This document shows positions 8,905 through 18,544 of a DNA stretch of 64,000 nt, in pieces. This stretch comes from a virus. The DNA lies in the IMG/VR virus record IMGVR_UViG_3300029489_000102. The stretch is one strand, 5' to 3'. Below the pieces are notes generated by a model. It was not told where the DNA came from. It saw nothing but the letters and a program-made list of their open reading frames with translations, and made no database searches. The translations under genes and the position numbers were made by a program. Within the stretch, counting starts at the first letter, position 1. Every line of letters starts with the position of its first letter.

Positions 8905-9170
8905 ACCAGCAACATCGGCAACAGACCGGCAACGGAAAAACGCTGATATATCGGCGTTTTTGGACGTGTTGCTGATGTTGCGACTCAAAACCCTATTTTT
9001 TTATTATTCTTTTCTTTTATATGCGATTTACTTTTTACCAGCAACATTAGCAACAAAAGATAAAAAGAGTAGAATGAAATCCTTAAAAACATCGTAATAA
9101 CAATGCTTTTTAAGAATCTGACCCCTCATTTTGTGAGGGAAGAACCGGCAACAGACCAGCAACAGAAAAA
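8905..9170. other. candidate origin of replication: GCAACA/CGGCAACAGACC iterons flanking an AT-rich segment
   Basis: Iteron-like repeats at 8905-8935, 9038-9058 and 9145-9165, with a >100-bp AT-rich stretch (8991-9120) in an otherwise 57% GC genome. Immediately downstream of the primase-helicase gene. Confidence 0.4.
8934..8963 (+). terminator. near-perfect palindrome AAAAACGCTGATATATCGGCGTTTTT (bidirectional terminator-like)
   Basis: Stem-loop flanked by A-run and T-run, directly after the primase gene. Confidence 0.55.
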
Positions 9171-9273
9171 TGGAAGCCACACGATACTTAGCTGGCAGCT
9201 TTTGTGGGAGCCTACGTCTGTGGGCAACGGCAAAGGCGGCCTACTTTGTGATACATGAAAGCGAGGAACAGCT

Positions 9274-10341
9274 ATGAGCAAGATTATCACCTGTGAGCAG
9301 GTCAGCAATGGTCATCCGGACAAAATCTGTGATCAGATCGCAGACGCCATTGTGACCGACATCCTCCAGCACGACAAGAACGCCCGTGTGGCAATCGAGT
9401 GTCTGCTGAAACGCAGCCAGCTCTTTATTGCCGGCGAGGTCACCACCGATTACCAGCCCAACTACCAGCAGATCGTCCATGAGGTCATCACCCGCATTGG
9501 TGCTGACAAGATGGGCTTTGATTTCCGGGAGCTGCTCCGCATCGGCATCCTGGTCGATAAGCAGTCGCCGGATATTGCACTGGGCGTGGATAAGGGCGGT
9601 GCTGGTGATCAGGGCATCATGTACGGCTACGCCACCAACGAGACCGCCGAACAGATGCCAATCCCCTACATGGTCGCCACCAAGTTCCTGCAACTGCTGA
9701 AGAACCATCCGAGCAAGATGTTCCGGGCAGATGCCAAGGCGCAGGTCAGCTACGACTACGACACCGGCCGAATCACTACGTTCCTCTGCTCTGTGCAGCA
9801 CAGCCCGGACGTGGAGGTCAGCGATTTCCGCCACATCATCGAATCCATGATGGTGCTGGCTGCCTGTGAGTACGGTCTGGACGGGAACTTCCAGAAACTG
9901 GTGAACCCCACCGGCCGGTTCGTGCTGGGCGGCAGCTATGCCGACTGTGGTGTCACCGGCCGTAAGCTGGCGTGCGATACCTACGGGGGCATCGGTCGAA
10001 TGGGCGGCGGTGCCCTCAGCGGCAAAGACCCCACCAAGGTAGACCGCTCCGCTGCATACATGGCGCGGAAGATCGCCAAGGATATCGTGCAGGCCGGCTA
10101 CGCTGACAAGTGCGAAGTCCAGCTGGCGTATGCCATCGGGGTGGTACAGCCGGTGGGTGTGGCGGTGGAGTGCTTCGGCACGGAACACCAGCCGCTGGAC
10201 TTCATCCAGGCTTACGTCAAGGACAGCTACGACCTGACCCCGCAGGGTATCATCCAGCGTCTGGGTCTGCTGGACGTGGACTACAACAAGGTCAGTGCCT
10301 ACGGTCACTTCGGAAAGCCCGGCCTGCCGTGGGAGGAATGA
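9274..10341 (+). CDS. metK: S-adenosylmethionine synthetase (methionine adenosyltransferase), phage-encoded
   Basis: GHPDKICDQIADA, GGAGDQGIMYGYA, NPTGRFVLGG, DTYGG, SGKDPTKVDRSAAYMAR: a near-complete set of MetK signature motifs. 355 aa is slightly shorter than bacterial MetK. Confidence 0.9.
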   Translation: MSKIITCEQVSNGHPDKICDQIADAIVTDILQHDKNARVAIECLLKRSQLFIAGEVTTDYQPNYQQIVHEVITRIGADKMGFDFRELLRIGILVDKQSPDIALGVDKGGAGDQGIMYGYATNETAEQMPIPYMVATKFLQLLKNHPSKMFRADAKAQVSYDYDTGRITTFLCSVQHSPDVEVSDFRHIIESMMVLAACEYGLDGNFQKLVNPTGRFVLGGSYADCGVTGRKLACDTYGGIGRMGGGALSGKDPTKVDRSAAYMARKIAKDIVQAGYADKCEVQLAYAIGVVQPVGVAVECFGTEHQPLDFIQAYVKDSYDLTPQGIIQRLGLLDVDYNKVSAYGHFGKPGLPWEE

Positions 10342-10344
10342 CCC

Positions 10345-10704
10345 GTGCCCCGCAGACCCAAGGTGCCGTGCCGACACCCCGGTTGCCCGGAGCTGGTTGA
10401 GCCGGGCAGCCTTTACTGTGCAATGCACCTGCCGCTGCACCCGGAAGTCACACGCCCAGCGGGTAAGCGTGGCTATACACGGCAGTGGCAAAAAATAAGC
10501 AGGCAGTACCTCCAAGCCCATCCGCTCTGCGCCGAGTGCATGAGGCAGGGGAGATACACGAAAGCCACCGTGGTAGACCATATCACACCGCACCGTGGTG
10601 ATCCCGGACTTTTCTGGGACGAAGCCAACTGGCAGCCGATGTGTAAACAGTGCCACGACCGCAAGACTTTGACCAAAGACATCCACCCGGTGTACCGCTA
10701 CTGA
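10345..10704 (+). CDS. HNH endonuclease
   Basis: GTG start after GGGAGGAA. Motif VDHITPHRGD...NWQPMCKQCHDRKT (HNH with Zn-binding Cys pairs). Confidence 0.85.
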   Translation: MPRRPKVPCRHPGCPELVEPGSLYCAMHLPLHPEVTRPAGKRGYTRQWQKISRQYLQAHPLCAECMRQGRYTKATVVDHITPHRGDPGLFWDEANWQPMCKQCHDRKTLTKDIHPVYRY

Positions 10705-11104
10705 CCCCCACCGGGGGCCGGGGTCACTTCTCTGTGGTGAAGTCAACAGAAGACCGGTGGCCCCTTTCGTGTGAAAAAACGCAAAATTCATAGGCCGGGG
10801 GTCCCGGCAATATCGGCGCAAAATGAACAAGGTGAAGATGAGGGCATCGGGGTGAACGCTCCGGTGCCTTTTGTTTTCCCCCGAAACAAACCAAAGCGTG
10901 TGAAAACCCTTGCAACATGGGACTTTTCGCACGTTTTAGCTTGTTCCGGGACAAGGAGAAGCAAGCAGCAGCCGGACGCCGCAAAAACAAACTAACCCGG
11001 CGGGGCAGTGCCGGCTGCCGCTTCGCTTCTTTTCGTATGCTTTTTGAGATTTTCCACTGGAACTGACATAGAAACGGCGAAAAATGAGGACGGGGTGAGG
11101 ATGG

Positions 11105-11407
11105 ATGGAAGATTACACAGCCGAGATGATCAAGGACATGGCGTTTTCCTTCTGTCCGCAGTGTGGCGCAGCCATCGTTCCGAACCATCGGGGACGACCG
11201 AGAAAATTCTGTTCCCCGGAATGTCGATCCAAGTGGAACAACACCCACCCAAGACCGCAGAACTGGAAGACCGTGCGGTCAAAGGTCTGCCCGGTGTGCG
11301 GCAGGGAGTTCTCCTACCGCCACCAGTATGGACTTCCAAGAAAATATTGCAGTCGAGCCTGTGCCAATAAGGGCAGGGCGAAGGGAGAGAGCAGCATTGG
11401 AAAATAA
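11105..11407 (+). CDS. zinc-ribbon protein (two CxxC...CxxC motifs), hypothetical
   Basis: CPQCG...CSPEC and CPVCG...CSRAC motifs. Confidence 0.45.
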   Translation: MEDYTAEMIKDMAFSFCPQCGAAIVPNHRGRPRKFCSPECRSKWNNTHPRPQNWKTVRSKVCPVCGREFSYRHQYGLPRKYCSRACANKGRAKGESSIGK

Positions 11408-11630
11408 AGTGATCGGTGTATTTGCAGTCTGCAACACCGCAGGCATCTGTGTACATGAGATTGACCATGCAGAGAACAGAGTCCTTGCTTCCATGAACGG
11501 GACAGACCCGGAATGGTATCCGATTACGGAAAAACCGCAGTCGGAGATGGGCGGGGACAGCGATGAACTGGAGTCGGGCTTTAAGTTCGGCTCCTTTTTT
11601 GTACCGTTCTCTGAGGTCATGCGTGTGTGA
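11397..11630 (+). CDS. small hypothetical protein (TTG start?)
   Basis: C-terminal half of ORF 11163-11630 looks protein-like; the N-terminal half is an alternate-frame artefact. AGGGAGAG RBS before the TTG. Confidence 0.3.
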   Translation: MENKVIGVFAVCNTAGICVHEIDHAENRVLASMNGTDPEWYPITEKPQSEMGGDSDELESGFKFGSFFVPFSEVMRV

Positions 11631-11651
11631 ATCTGAACTGGGAGGAGCTAC

Positions 11652-12920
11652 ATGAAAGCAACTGCTGAACTGAAAATGCTGCCGGTGACCGTACTCAAGC
11701 CGGCTGCATACAATCCCCGAAAAAAGCTGAAGCCGGGGGACAAGGAGTACGAGAAGATTAAGAACTCCATTGAGGAGTTTGGTTTTGCCGATCCGCTGGT
11801 GGTCAATGCCGATATGACGATCATCGGCGGCCATCAACGCCTGACCGTTGCGATGGCACTGGGTTATACCGAAGTGCCTTGTGCGGTGGTGGACATCGAC
11901 AAGACCCGAGAAAAAGCTCTGAACATTGCGCTCAACAAGATCACCGGCTCGTGGGATGATTCCCTGCTGGCTGACCTGCTGAAGGATATCGAGAACTCCA
12001 ACTTCGACCTGGGCAAGACGGGCTTTGAGCCGCCTGAGATCGAGACGCTGTTCAACAAGGTCCACGACAAGGACATCAAGGAAGATGACTTCGATGTGGA
12101 ATCTGAGATGAAGCAGCCGACCTTCTCGCAGGCAGGTGACCTTTGGATGCTGGGCCGGCACCGTGTTCTGTGCGGTGATTCTACGAAGGCGGAGTGCTAC
12201 GATACCCTGATGGACGGCGTGAAGGCCAACCTTGTGCTTTCCGATCCCCCGTACAATGTAGATGTGGAAGAAACGGCCGGTAAGATCATGAACGACAACA
12301 TGGGCGACTCGGAATTCTACGAGTTCCTGCTGGCGGCGTTTAAACAGATGCACGGTCATCTGGCGGATGACGGTTCCATCTACATCTTCCACGCCGATAC
12401 GGAAGGTCTGAATTTCCGAAAGGCGTTCAAGGATGCGGGATTCTATCTGTCCGGGTGCTGTATCTGGAAAAAGAATGCTCTGGTGCTGGGTCGCAGTCCC
12501 TATCAGTGGCAGCATGAACCCTGCCTCTATGGGTGGAAACTGAAGGGCAAGCACCAGTGGTACTCCGACCGTAAGCAGACCACCATCTGGGAGTACGACC
12601 GTCCCAAAGCAAACAAAGACCACCCGACCATGAAGCCCATCGGCCTGATGAGCTATCCCATCCGCAACTCTACCATGACCAACGGCATCGTCCTGGACCC
12701 CTTCCTCGGCAGCGGCTCGACCCTGATCGCCTGTGAGGAGACTGACCGGGCGTGCCGGGGCATTGAGCTTGACCCCAAATTCGTGGATGTTATCGTCAAG
12801 CGCTATATCGAGCACAGCGAAGGTCGCTACGAGGATGTGTATGTCCTCCGTGGCGGTCAAAAGTTGAAGTTCGATGAGGTGGCATCTTTCCAGCCGGAAC
12901 AGGAGGGCGCAGATGACTGA
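11652..12920 (+). CDS. ParB-like nuclease domain fused to N6-adenine/N4-cytosine DNA methyltransferase (beta class, PF01555-like)
   Basis: N-terminal ParB/Srx motif (GGHQRL), motif IV SDPPYN, C-terminal FLGSGST AdoMet-binding motif. Confidence 0.85.
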   Translation: MKATAELKMLPVTVLKPAAYNPRKKLKPGDKEYEKIKNSIEEFGFADPLVVNADMTIIGGHQRLTVAMALGYTEVPCAVVDIDKTREKALNIALNKITGSWDDSLLADLLKDIENSNFDLGKTGFEPPEIETLFNKVHDKDIKEDDFDVESEMKQPTFSQAGDLWMLGRHRVLCGDSTKAECYDTLMDGVKANLVLSDPPYNVDVEETAGKIMNDNMGDSEFYEFLLAAFKQMHGHLADDGSIYIFHADTEGLNFRKAFKDAGFYLSGCCIWKKNALVLGRSPYQWQHEPCLYGWKLKGKHQWYSDRKQTTIWEYDRPKANKDHPTMKPIGLMSYPIRNSTMTNGIVLDPFLGSGSTLIACEETDRACRGIELDPKFVDVIVKRYIEHSEGRYEDVYVLRGGQKLKFDEVASFQPEQEGADD

Positions 12921-13683
12921 ACCCAGATGTGTCCTGTTCCATGACAACTTCCAGAACTTCAAGTCCTACAACATTCCCAAGGCACAGCTGGTGATCGCCG
13001 ACATCCCGTATAACATCGGGTCGGACTTCTACGCCAGCCGCCCGGATTGGTATGTGGACGGAGATAACCGGAACGGAGAGAGCGATAAGGCCCGGAAAGC
13101 GGCATTCAATACCGACTTCACTTTCAATATCGCAGAATACTTCCATTTCTGTAACCGGCTGCTGAAGAAAGAACCCATGAAAGGGGAAAAAGGCGCACCG
13201 TGTATGATCGTGTTCTGTGCGTTCCAGCAGATCCCCAAGGTCATCACGGAAGCTGAGAAGTACGGGTTCAAAAATTATATCCCGCTGACCTTCTGTAAGA
13301 ACTACAGCCCGCAGGTCTTGAAAGCCAACATGAAGATCGTGGGTGCAACGGAGTATGCGCTGGTCCTCTACCGGGGCAAGCTCCCGAAGTTCAACAACGT
13401 CGGTAAGGACGGCAAGTCCCACATGATCTTCAATTGGTTTGACTGGAAACGAGATGGCAAGGACTATCCAAAGATCCATCCGTCCCAGAAACCGGTGTCC
13501 GTGCTGAAACGCCTGATCGAGATCTTTACCGATCCCGGAGATGTGGTCATCGACCCTTGCGCCGGCAGCGGAGCAACGCTCCGGGCAGCCAGAGAACTGG
13601 GACGTGACAGCTACGGATTTGAAGTGTCCAGGGATTTCTACCTGAAAGCCAAAGAGCAGATGGTCGGAGAGGAGGCTGTATGA
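12913..13683 (+). CDS. DNA methyltransferase (N6A/N4C type, DIPYN motif)
   Basis: ATG overlaps the previous stop. ADIPYN motif IV and C-terminal DPCAGSGAT motif I (beta-class order). Confidence 0.85.
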   Translation: MTEPRCVLFHDNFQNFKSYNIPKAQLVIADIPYNIGSDFYASRPDWYVDGDNRNGESDKARKAAFNTDFTFNIAEYFHFCNRLLKKEPMKGEKGAPCMIVFCAFQQIPKVITEAEKYGFKNYIPLTFCKNYSPQVLKANMKIVGATEYALVLYRGKLPKFNNVGKDGKSHMIFNWFDWKRDGKDYPKIHPSQKPVSVLKRLIEIFTDPGDVVIDPCAGSGATLRAARELGRDSYGFEVSRDFYLKAKEQMVGEEAV

Positions 13684-16151
13684 GCACCGAATCGAATATC
13701 CAACTGACCCTCGGCAGCCTCTTTGATGGCTCCGGGGGTTTTCCTTTGGGCGGTTTACTGACAGGCTGCATCACGCCGCTGTGGAGCAGCGAAGTGGAGC
13801 CCTTCGCCATCCGGGTCACGACCAAGCGTCTGCCCGAGGTGAAGCACTACGGGGATGTGTCCGCCATCAACGGCGCAGACTTGCCGCCGGTGGACATCAT
13901 CACCTTTGGCAGTCCTTGCCAGGACATGTCCATTGCCGGTAAACGAGACGGTCTGGATGGTTCACGGTCCAGCCTGTTCTATGAAGCGATTCGCATCGTG
14001 AAGGAAATGAGGTGTAAGACCAATGGAGCAAAACCAAGATTTATCGTATGGGAGAATGTGCCGGGGGCCTTCTCCTCAAACAAAGGGCAGGACTTCAAAG
14101 CAGTCCTCGAAGCCGTCATCGGTGTTAAGGAACCGTCCGCCGAGGTGCCTGCGCCTGACAAAAAAGGCTGGCCCGATGCTGATTACTATCTGGGAGACGG
14201 ATGGAGCGTCGCGTATCGAGTTCTTGACGCTCAATGGTGGGGCGTACCCCAAAGGAGAAAACGCATCTACCTTGTCGCAGATTTTGCAGACCACGGTGCC
14301 CCAAAAGTATTATTTGAGTCCGAAGGCGTGTCTGGGTATTCTGCGGAGGGCTTCCGTGCGTGGCAAAGAACTGCCTCCGGTGCTGAAAGCGGCGCTGGAA
14401 CGGCAGGCTGCTGCGGAAGACTCTGCCTGAACGACCAGGGCGGGGAGAGGATGGATGTGACCGAGGAGGTGACCGGAACACTCCGGGCACAAGAGCATGG
14501 GCATCAGCCGTGCGTCCTTGAAGCGGCCGGTTTCTGCACAGAACATTCCGCCAACGCGAGGAGCATCGGATATGAGGCAGAACGTTCTCCCACCCTCCGG
14601 GCCGGAGTCGTGCCTGCTGCCATCGCTCTGGAAAATCACCCGACTGATTGCCGGGTGAAGATCGCAAAGGACGGCAAGGTACAGACGCTGACCAGTCGGT
14701 GCGGTACGGGCGGTGGCAATGTCCCGTTGGTCATGGATGGCGTGGAAAACAGCGGGGAAGAGGTGGAAAACTCACCTGCAGTCACACTGAAAATTCGTTC
14801 TGGATGCGAGGGTGGCGGCAAAGGTGCTATCTGGCAGGAAGAAAAATCTGCTACCCTCGGCTGCAACAACGACCAGACCGTGTTCATCCCTTTTATGAAA
14901 GGAACGAGACCGCACTCACAGAGTGAAGCACCGACATGGAAACAGGGTGAAGTCGCAAATACACTCAATACGTTTGATGTCGGAGAACAGCGATGCAATG
15001 AACTGGCGATTAAAGCCTACGGTATCTGCTCCAAGGCCAGCCATTCCATGATGTCGGATAACCCCCATAGCGGTTTCTATGAAGCCAGTACCTCTCGGAC
15101 GTTGGATCGCAGCGGCGGTGACCCGACCTGTAACCAGGGTGGGCTGTGTATCTGTGAACCTGTTGTCTGCGTGGATCAGGGTGGAGGCAAGTCGAACTGT
15201 ACGGTGGACGAACAGGTGGCACCGCCTCTGGCCTGCACCCATGGCGGGGCTCCGGCAGTAGCCTTTACCCAGAACCAGCGGGATGAAGTCCGGGATCTGG
15301 GCGAGACGGCGGGTTCGCTGTCTGCACAGCCGGGAATGAAACAGCAGACCTTTGTGGCGCAGCCGGATGACGTGACGGCATTCCATGTGAATCAGCGCAA
15401 TGAGCTGATCGACCTGCATGGAAAGTCCGGTGCGCTCATGGCGACCCGAAGCGACCAGATGCAGACCTTCGTGCTGCAGGGCAACATAATCGGCCGCAAA
15501 GACGAGAATGGTCCGCAAGGTGACGGCATCAACGAAGATGTCTGCTTTACGCTGGATGCCACTGACCGTCACGCAGTCTGCGCACCGGAAGATGTCTACG
15601 CCATGACCACCGGCTCCTTCATGAGGGTGGAGGAGAATGTATCTCCCACCCTTATGGCCCGGGACTTTAAAGACCCTGCCACCATTGCACCGGTGCCACA
15701 CCTGAACGATGGCGTGTCGGGAACGGTGGCGACCGGGGCGCATCCCAGCGGATTCAATGGTCAGGACGCTTTCAATGACCGACTGGTCATCGATAACCCG
15801 GAGGCACAGCCGATCCCCGTGTCCTATACGGTTCGCCGTCTGACCCCGACCGAGTGCGCTCGGCTGCAAGGCTTTCCCGATTGGTGGTGCCGTGACCTCG
15901 AAACTGAGAATCCCACGGAAGAAGAAATCTCTTTCTGGCAGGATGTGTTTGAAACGCACCGCAGACTTGTGACTCAGGCCAAGAAGCCGAAGACGGAAAA
16001 GCAGATCCGAAAATGGCTGGCAGACCCGTATTCGGATGCCGCAGAGTATAAGCTCTGGGGCAATGGTGTCGCACTGCCGTGTGTCTTTTTTGTACTGTCC
16101 GGCATCGTCTGGGTAGCCGGATCGCCTGAGAATGGGAGTGAATCGGAGTGA
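13680..16151 (+). CDS. DNA (cytosine-5)-methyltransferase, large (823 aa, extended target-recognition region; possibly multispecific)
   Basis: Motif I FDGSGG, motif IV GSPCQDMSIAG, motif VI ENVPG, C-terminal RRLTPTECARLQGFPDWW. Long variable region between motifs VIII and IX. Confidence 0.9.
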   Translation: MSTESNIQLTLGSLFDGSGGFPLGGLLTGCITPLWSSEVEPFAIRVTTKRLPEVKHYGDVSAINGADLPPVDIITFGSPCQDMSIAGKRDGLDGSRSSLFYEAIRIVKEMRCKTNGAKPRFIVWENVPGAFSSNKGQDFKAVLEAVIGVKEPSAEVPAPDKKGWPDADYYLGDGWSVAYRVLDAQWWGVPQRRKRIYLVADFADHGAPKVLFESEGVSGYSAEGFRAWQRTASGAESGAGTAGCCGRLCLNDQGGERMDVTEEVTGTLRAQEHGHQPCVLEAAGFCTEHSANARSIGYEAERSPTLRAGVVPAAIALENHPTDCRVKIAKDGKVQTLTSRCGTGGGNVPLVMDGVENSGEEVENSPAVTLKIRSGCEGGGKGAIWQEEKSATLGCNNDQTVFIPFMKGTRPHSQSEAPTWKQGEVANTLNTFDVGEQRCNELAIKAYGICSKASHSMMSDNPHSGFYEASTSRTLDRSGGDPTCNQGGLCICEPVVCVDQGGGKSNCTVDEQVAPPLACTHGGAPAVAFTQNQRDEVRDLGETAGSLSAQPGMKQQTFVAQPDDVTAFHVNQRNELIDLHGKSGALMATRSDQMQTFVLQGNIIGRKDENGPQGDGINEDVCFTLDATDRHAVCAPEDVYAMTTGSFMRVEENVSPTLMARDFKDPATIAPVPHLNDGVSGTVATGAHPSGFNGQDAFNDRLVIDNPEAQPIPVSYTVRRLTPTECARLQGFPDWWCRDLETENPTEEEISFWQDVFETHRRLVTQAKKPKTEKQIRKWLADPYSDAAEYKLWGNGVALPCVFFVLSGIVWVAGSPENGSESE

Positions 16152-16957
16152 GCATCACCCTGACTGCTTTTCTTGAGCAGCTCGAAACCATCTGTGCCAC
16201 GAAACCGGACTATCGCATCGGCGGCAGCGGTACGGATGGAACCTGTGACTGCATTGGTCTTATCATCGGCGCAGTCCGCAGGGCTGGTGGAGGCTGGAAT
16301 GGCATCCACGGCAGTAACTACGCAGCCCGGAAACAGATGACGGACTTTGCAGAGATCAAATCCGCTGATCTGTTTGTGGGTGAGATCGTCTACAAAGCCC
16401 GAAAACCGGGAGACAGCAGCTACAATCTGCCGGACCGCTACAAGGCGAATGGCGGCGATTTGCTGGACTACTATCATGTAGGCGTCGTCACCAAGGTGCG
16501 TCCGCTGGAGATCACCCACTGTTCCACTACGGTGAACGGTAACAGCATCCACCGGGATGCAACGCTCGGCAAGTGGAAATACGGTGGCCGGCTGAAGGGC
16601 ATCGACTATGGAACGACTCAGGAGGAAACAGAGATGAGCGAAGTCAAGATGCAGGAGACCCAAAACAAGGCAACCGTTACGGGCGGAAGATTGAGTCTGC
16701 GCCAAGCTCCGTCCAAGACCGCAGACCGGCTGGCATGGATTCCCAATGGTACCCGGCTGGATGTGACCGGGCAAGGAGACGGCTGGTGTGCTGTAACCTA
16801 CGACACCATTCCCGGCTACGTCATGGAACGCTACCTGATCCTTGACGGAGAAACCGAGGAAAAGCCCAAGACGGATGCCGAGAGACTCGAAGCACTGGAA
16901 AACCAGGCGGCAGAGTTTGAGCGTCGTATCGCTGTGCTGGAGGGCGGAGCTGGCTGA
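16148..16957 (+). CDS. NlpC/P60-like peptidase with C-terminal SH3b domain and coiled-coil tail
   Basis: GTG overlaps the methylase stop. Cys (DCIGLI) and His (YHVGVV, ITHCST) spacing typical of NlpC/P60. SH3b-like GGRLSLRQAPS...GWCAVTYD. Confidence 0.5.
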   Translation: MSITLTAFLEQLETICATKPDYRIGGSGTDGTCDCIGLIIGAVRRAGGGWNGIHGSNYAARKQMTDFAEIKSADLFVGEIVYKARKPGDSSYNLPDRYKANGGDLLDYYHVGVVTKVRPLEITHCSTTVNGNSIHRDATLGKWKYGGRLKGIDYGTTQEETEMSEVKMQETQNKATVTGGRLSLRQAPSKTADRLAWIPNGTRLDVTGQGDGWCAVTYDTIPGYVMERYLILDGETEEKPKTDAERLEALENQAAEFERRIAVLEGGAG

Positions 16958-17026
16958 ATCCTATAAAACAGCCCACTGTATTACGAGGTAAAGGCTACCC
17001 CGTGATATCGTGGGCGTACATATCGG

Positions 17027-17160
17027 ATGATCTTGCACAGTCGTGTTTTGCACGAATCGTGTAAAAGGTCGAATATGAAGAATGTCGAGAAATGGCCTTG
17101 CTATTTCATCGATTCAGAGCGATATATGTGCTACCGAAAACAAAGAAAGGGGCACAAAGC
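17027..17160 (+). promoter_or_regulatory. conserved promoter/leader element, copy h (degenerate; ATGATC box 17027, -35 TTGCTA 17098-17103, -10 ATATAT 17122-17127)
   Basis: Member of a 9-copy family sharing upstream box, GGCCTTGCTAT, -10 region and transcribed leader GTGCTACCGAAA. Confidence 0.5.
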
Positions 17161-17161
17161 C

Positions 17162-18313
17162 ATGAAAAAGTACGCACTGAATATTGATGACCGCAAGGTT
17201 CTGGTAAGCCGCCTGATGGAGTTGACCGGGCTTCATTCCCGGTACACTTTCATGCCGCGCTGCGCTTACATCGTCGGCAGCTTCACCGTAGAAAAGGAGG
17301 GAACGCTTGTGATCGAAGACAGCGCTGCGCCGGAGATCATCCGGACGCTGCTGGACGAGGGCATCATCCGTGAGGAAGGTGCGGAAACCCCGGGGACTCC
17401 GGAAACGGAAGCCACCTGTGGGGAGGCCACGGAATCGGAGTGTGAAGAGTCAGATGAGACTGTGGACGGCACCGAAGATACCCAGCCCACCGTGGAACCG
17501 GGCGCAACTGCCGAGGAATCCCCGGAAGCTCAGGAACCGATGGACGTAGATGAGCCGATGGACACTGTGAATGACACCGATGCGGATGAGGCACCTGCTC
17601 CGACCGAACAGCCGACCTTGCAGGATGTGGATGAGCTGACCATCAGCCTGCCGATGTCCGGGCATACCGCCCAGAGCCTGCGGAATTTCCTGAACCTCAT
17701 GTACAGCCGAGGCCCTCTGCTGAACAAAGCGATGGGTACGAACTTCACGGTGTCGCAGGGACTTCTGGACGCACTGGAACAGGCAACGCCCCATACGATG
17801 AGCGAGATGCTGGATGAGCTGGAAGAATACCGCCTGGGTGCCGGTACCACCGGCATGACCGGCATCCAGATCACGGCGGAGAAGATCAGCCTGGCTTTTG
17901 CCGGTCCGCTGACGCAGGAGAAGGTCCGTGCCTACACGGAACTCTGCGCCGCCATGAACCGGATGGCAATCGCTCAGAAGCGGATCCAGGCAAAGACCGT
18001 CAACGATGCCAATGAGAAGTACGCACTCCGCATCTGGCTGATCCGACTGGGTCTGAATGGAGATGAACACAAGACCATCCGCAAACTCCTGATGCAGAAC
18101 CTTTCCGGTCATGCGGCATTCCGCACCGAGGAAGATGCCGAAAAGTTCCGGGTCAAGGAAAAGGCAAAGCGGGATGCGCTGAAAGCCGCAAAACAGGCGG
18201 CACACGGCGGCGTTTCTGCCGCCGAGGAAACGGCCGAAGCGGCAGCGGAAGCCCCCACACAGCCCGACTGTGGGGCAGACGGCGCACCCCAGGCGCAGGA
18301 GACGGGAGCGTAA
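17162..18313 (+). CDS. hypothetical protein with long acidic low-complexity insert; C-terminal ~80 aa homologous to the C-terminus of the downstream amidoligase-like protein
   Basis: Shared motif NEKYALRIWLIRLGLNGDEHKTIRKLLMQNLSGHAAFR versus NEKYAMRCWMLRLGFIGDEFKTAREILLRNMEGNASWR. D/E/T/P-rich region about aa 95-190. Confidence 0.5.
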   Translation: MKKYALNIDDRKVLVSRLMELTGLHSRYTFMPRCAYIVGSFTVEKEGTLVIEDSAAPEIIRTLLDEGIIREEGAETPGTPETEATCGEATESECEESDETVDGTEDTQPTVEPGATAEESPEAQEPMDVDEPMDTVNDTDADEAPAPTEQPTLQDVDELTISLPMSGHTAQSLRNFLNLMYSRGPLLNKAMGTNFTVSQGLLDALEQATPHTMSEMLDELEEYRLGAGTTGMTGIQITAEKISLAFAGPLTQEKVRAYTELCAAMNRMAIAQKRIQAKTVNDANEKYALRIWLIRLGLNGDEHKTIRKLLMQNLSGHAAFRTEEDAEKFRVKEKAKRDALKAAKQAAHGGVSAAEETAEAAAEAPTQPDCGADGAPQAQETGA

Positions 18314-18437
18314 GCTCCTGACCCCTTATGTGGGCCGCCGGATAAGAGAGAGCTTCTTCCATTGTACCGATATTAACTCTGAAAATGTACAGTATCAAGT
18401 GTGTTTTTTGCCATAATGTACACGATCTTTGTCCTGA

Positions 18438-18544
18438 ATGATCGGTGATTATTTGACCCTTTATGGCCTTGCTATCCTCCCCACATGACGGTAATATGCA
18501 CATACCGCAAGGGGAACAGAACAAGACAAAAGGAGATAAACACC
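18438..18544 (+). promoter_or_regulatory. conserved promoter/leader element, copy a (ATGATCGGTGA 18438; -35 TTGCTA 18469-18474; -10 TAATAT 18492-18497)
   Basis: Same architecture as the other copies. An inverted copy of the upstream box (TGTACACGATC) lies at 18417-18427. Confidence 0.6.

Noticed and set aside
8801-9274. tRNA or other structured RNA gene in the long intergenic regions (8801-9274, 10704-11105, 56424-56666)
   Set aside because: No cloverleaf-compatible segment with a conserved T-loop (GTTCRANYC) was seen by eye. The GC hairpins at 10704-11000 look like terminators or attenuators. A proper tRNAscan/Infernal run would be needed to exclude ncRNAs.
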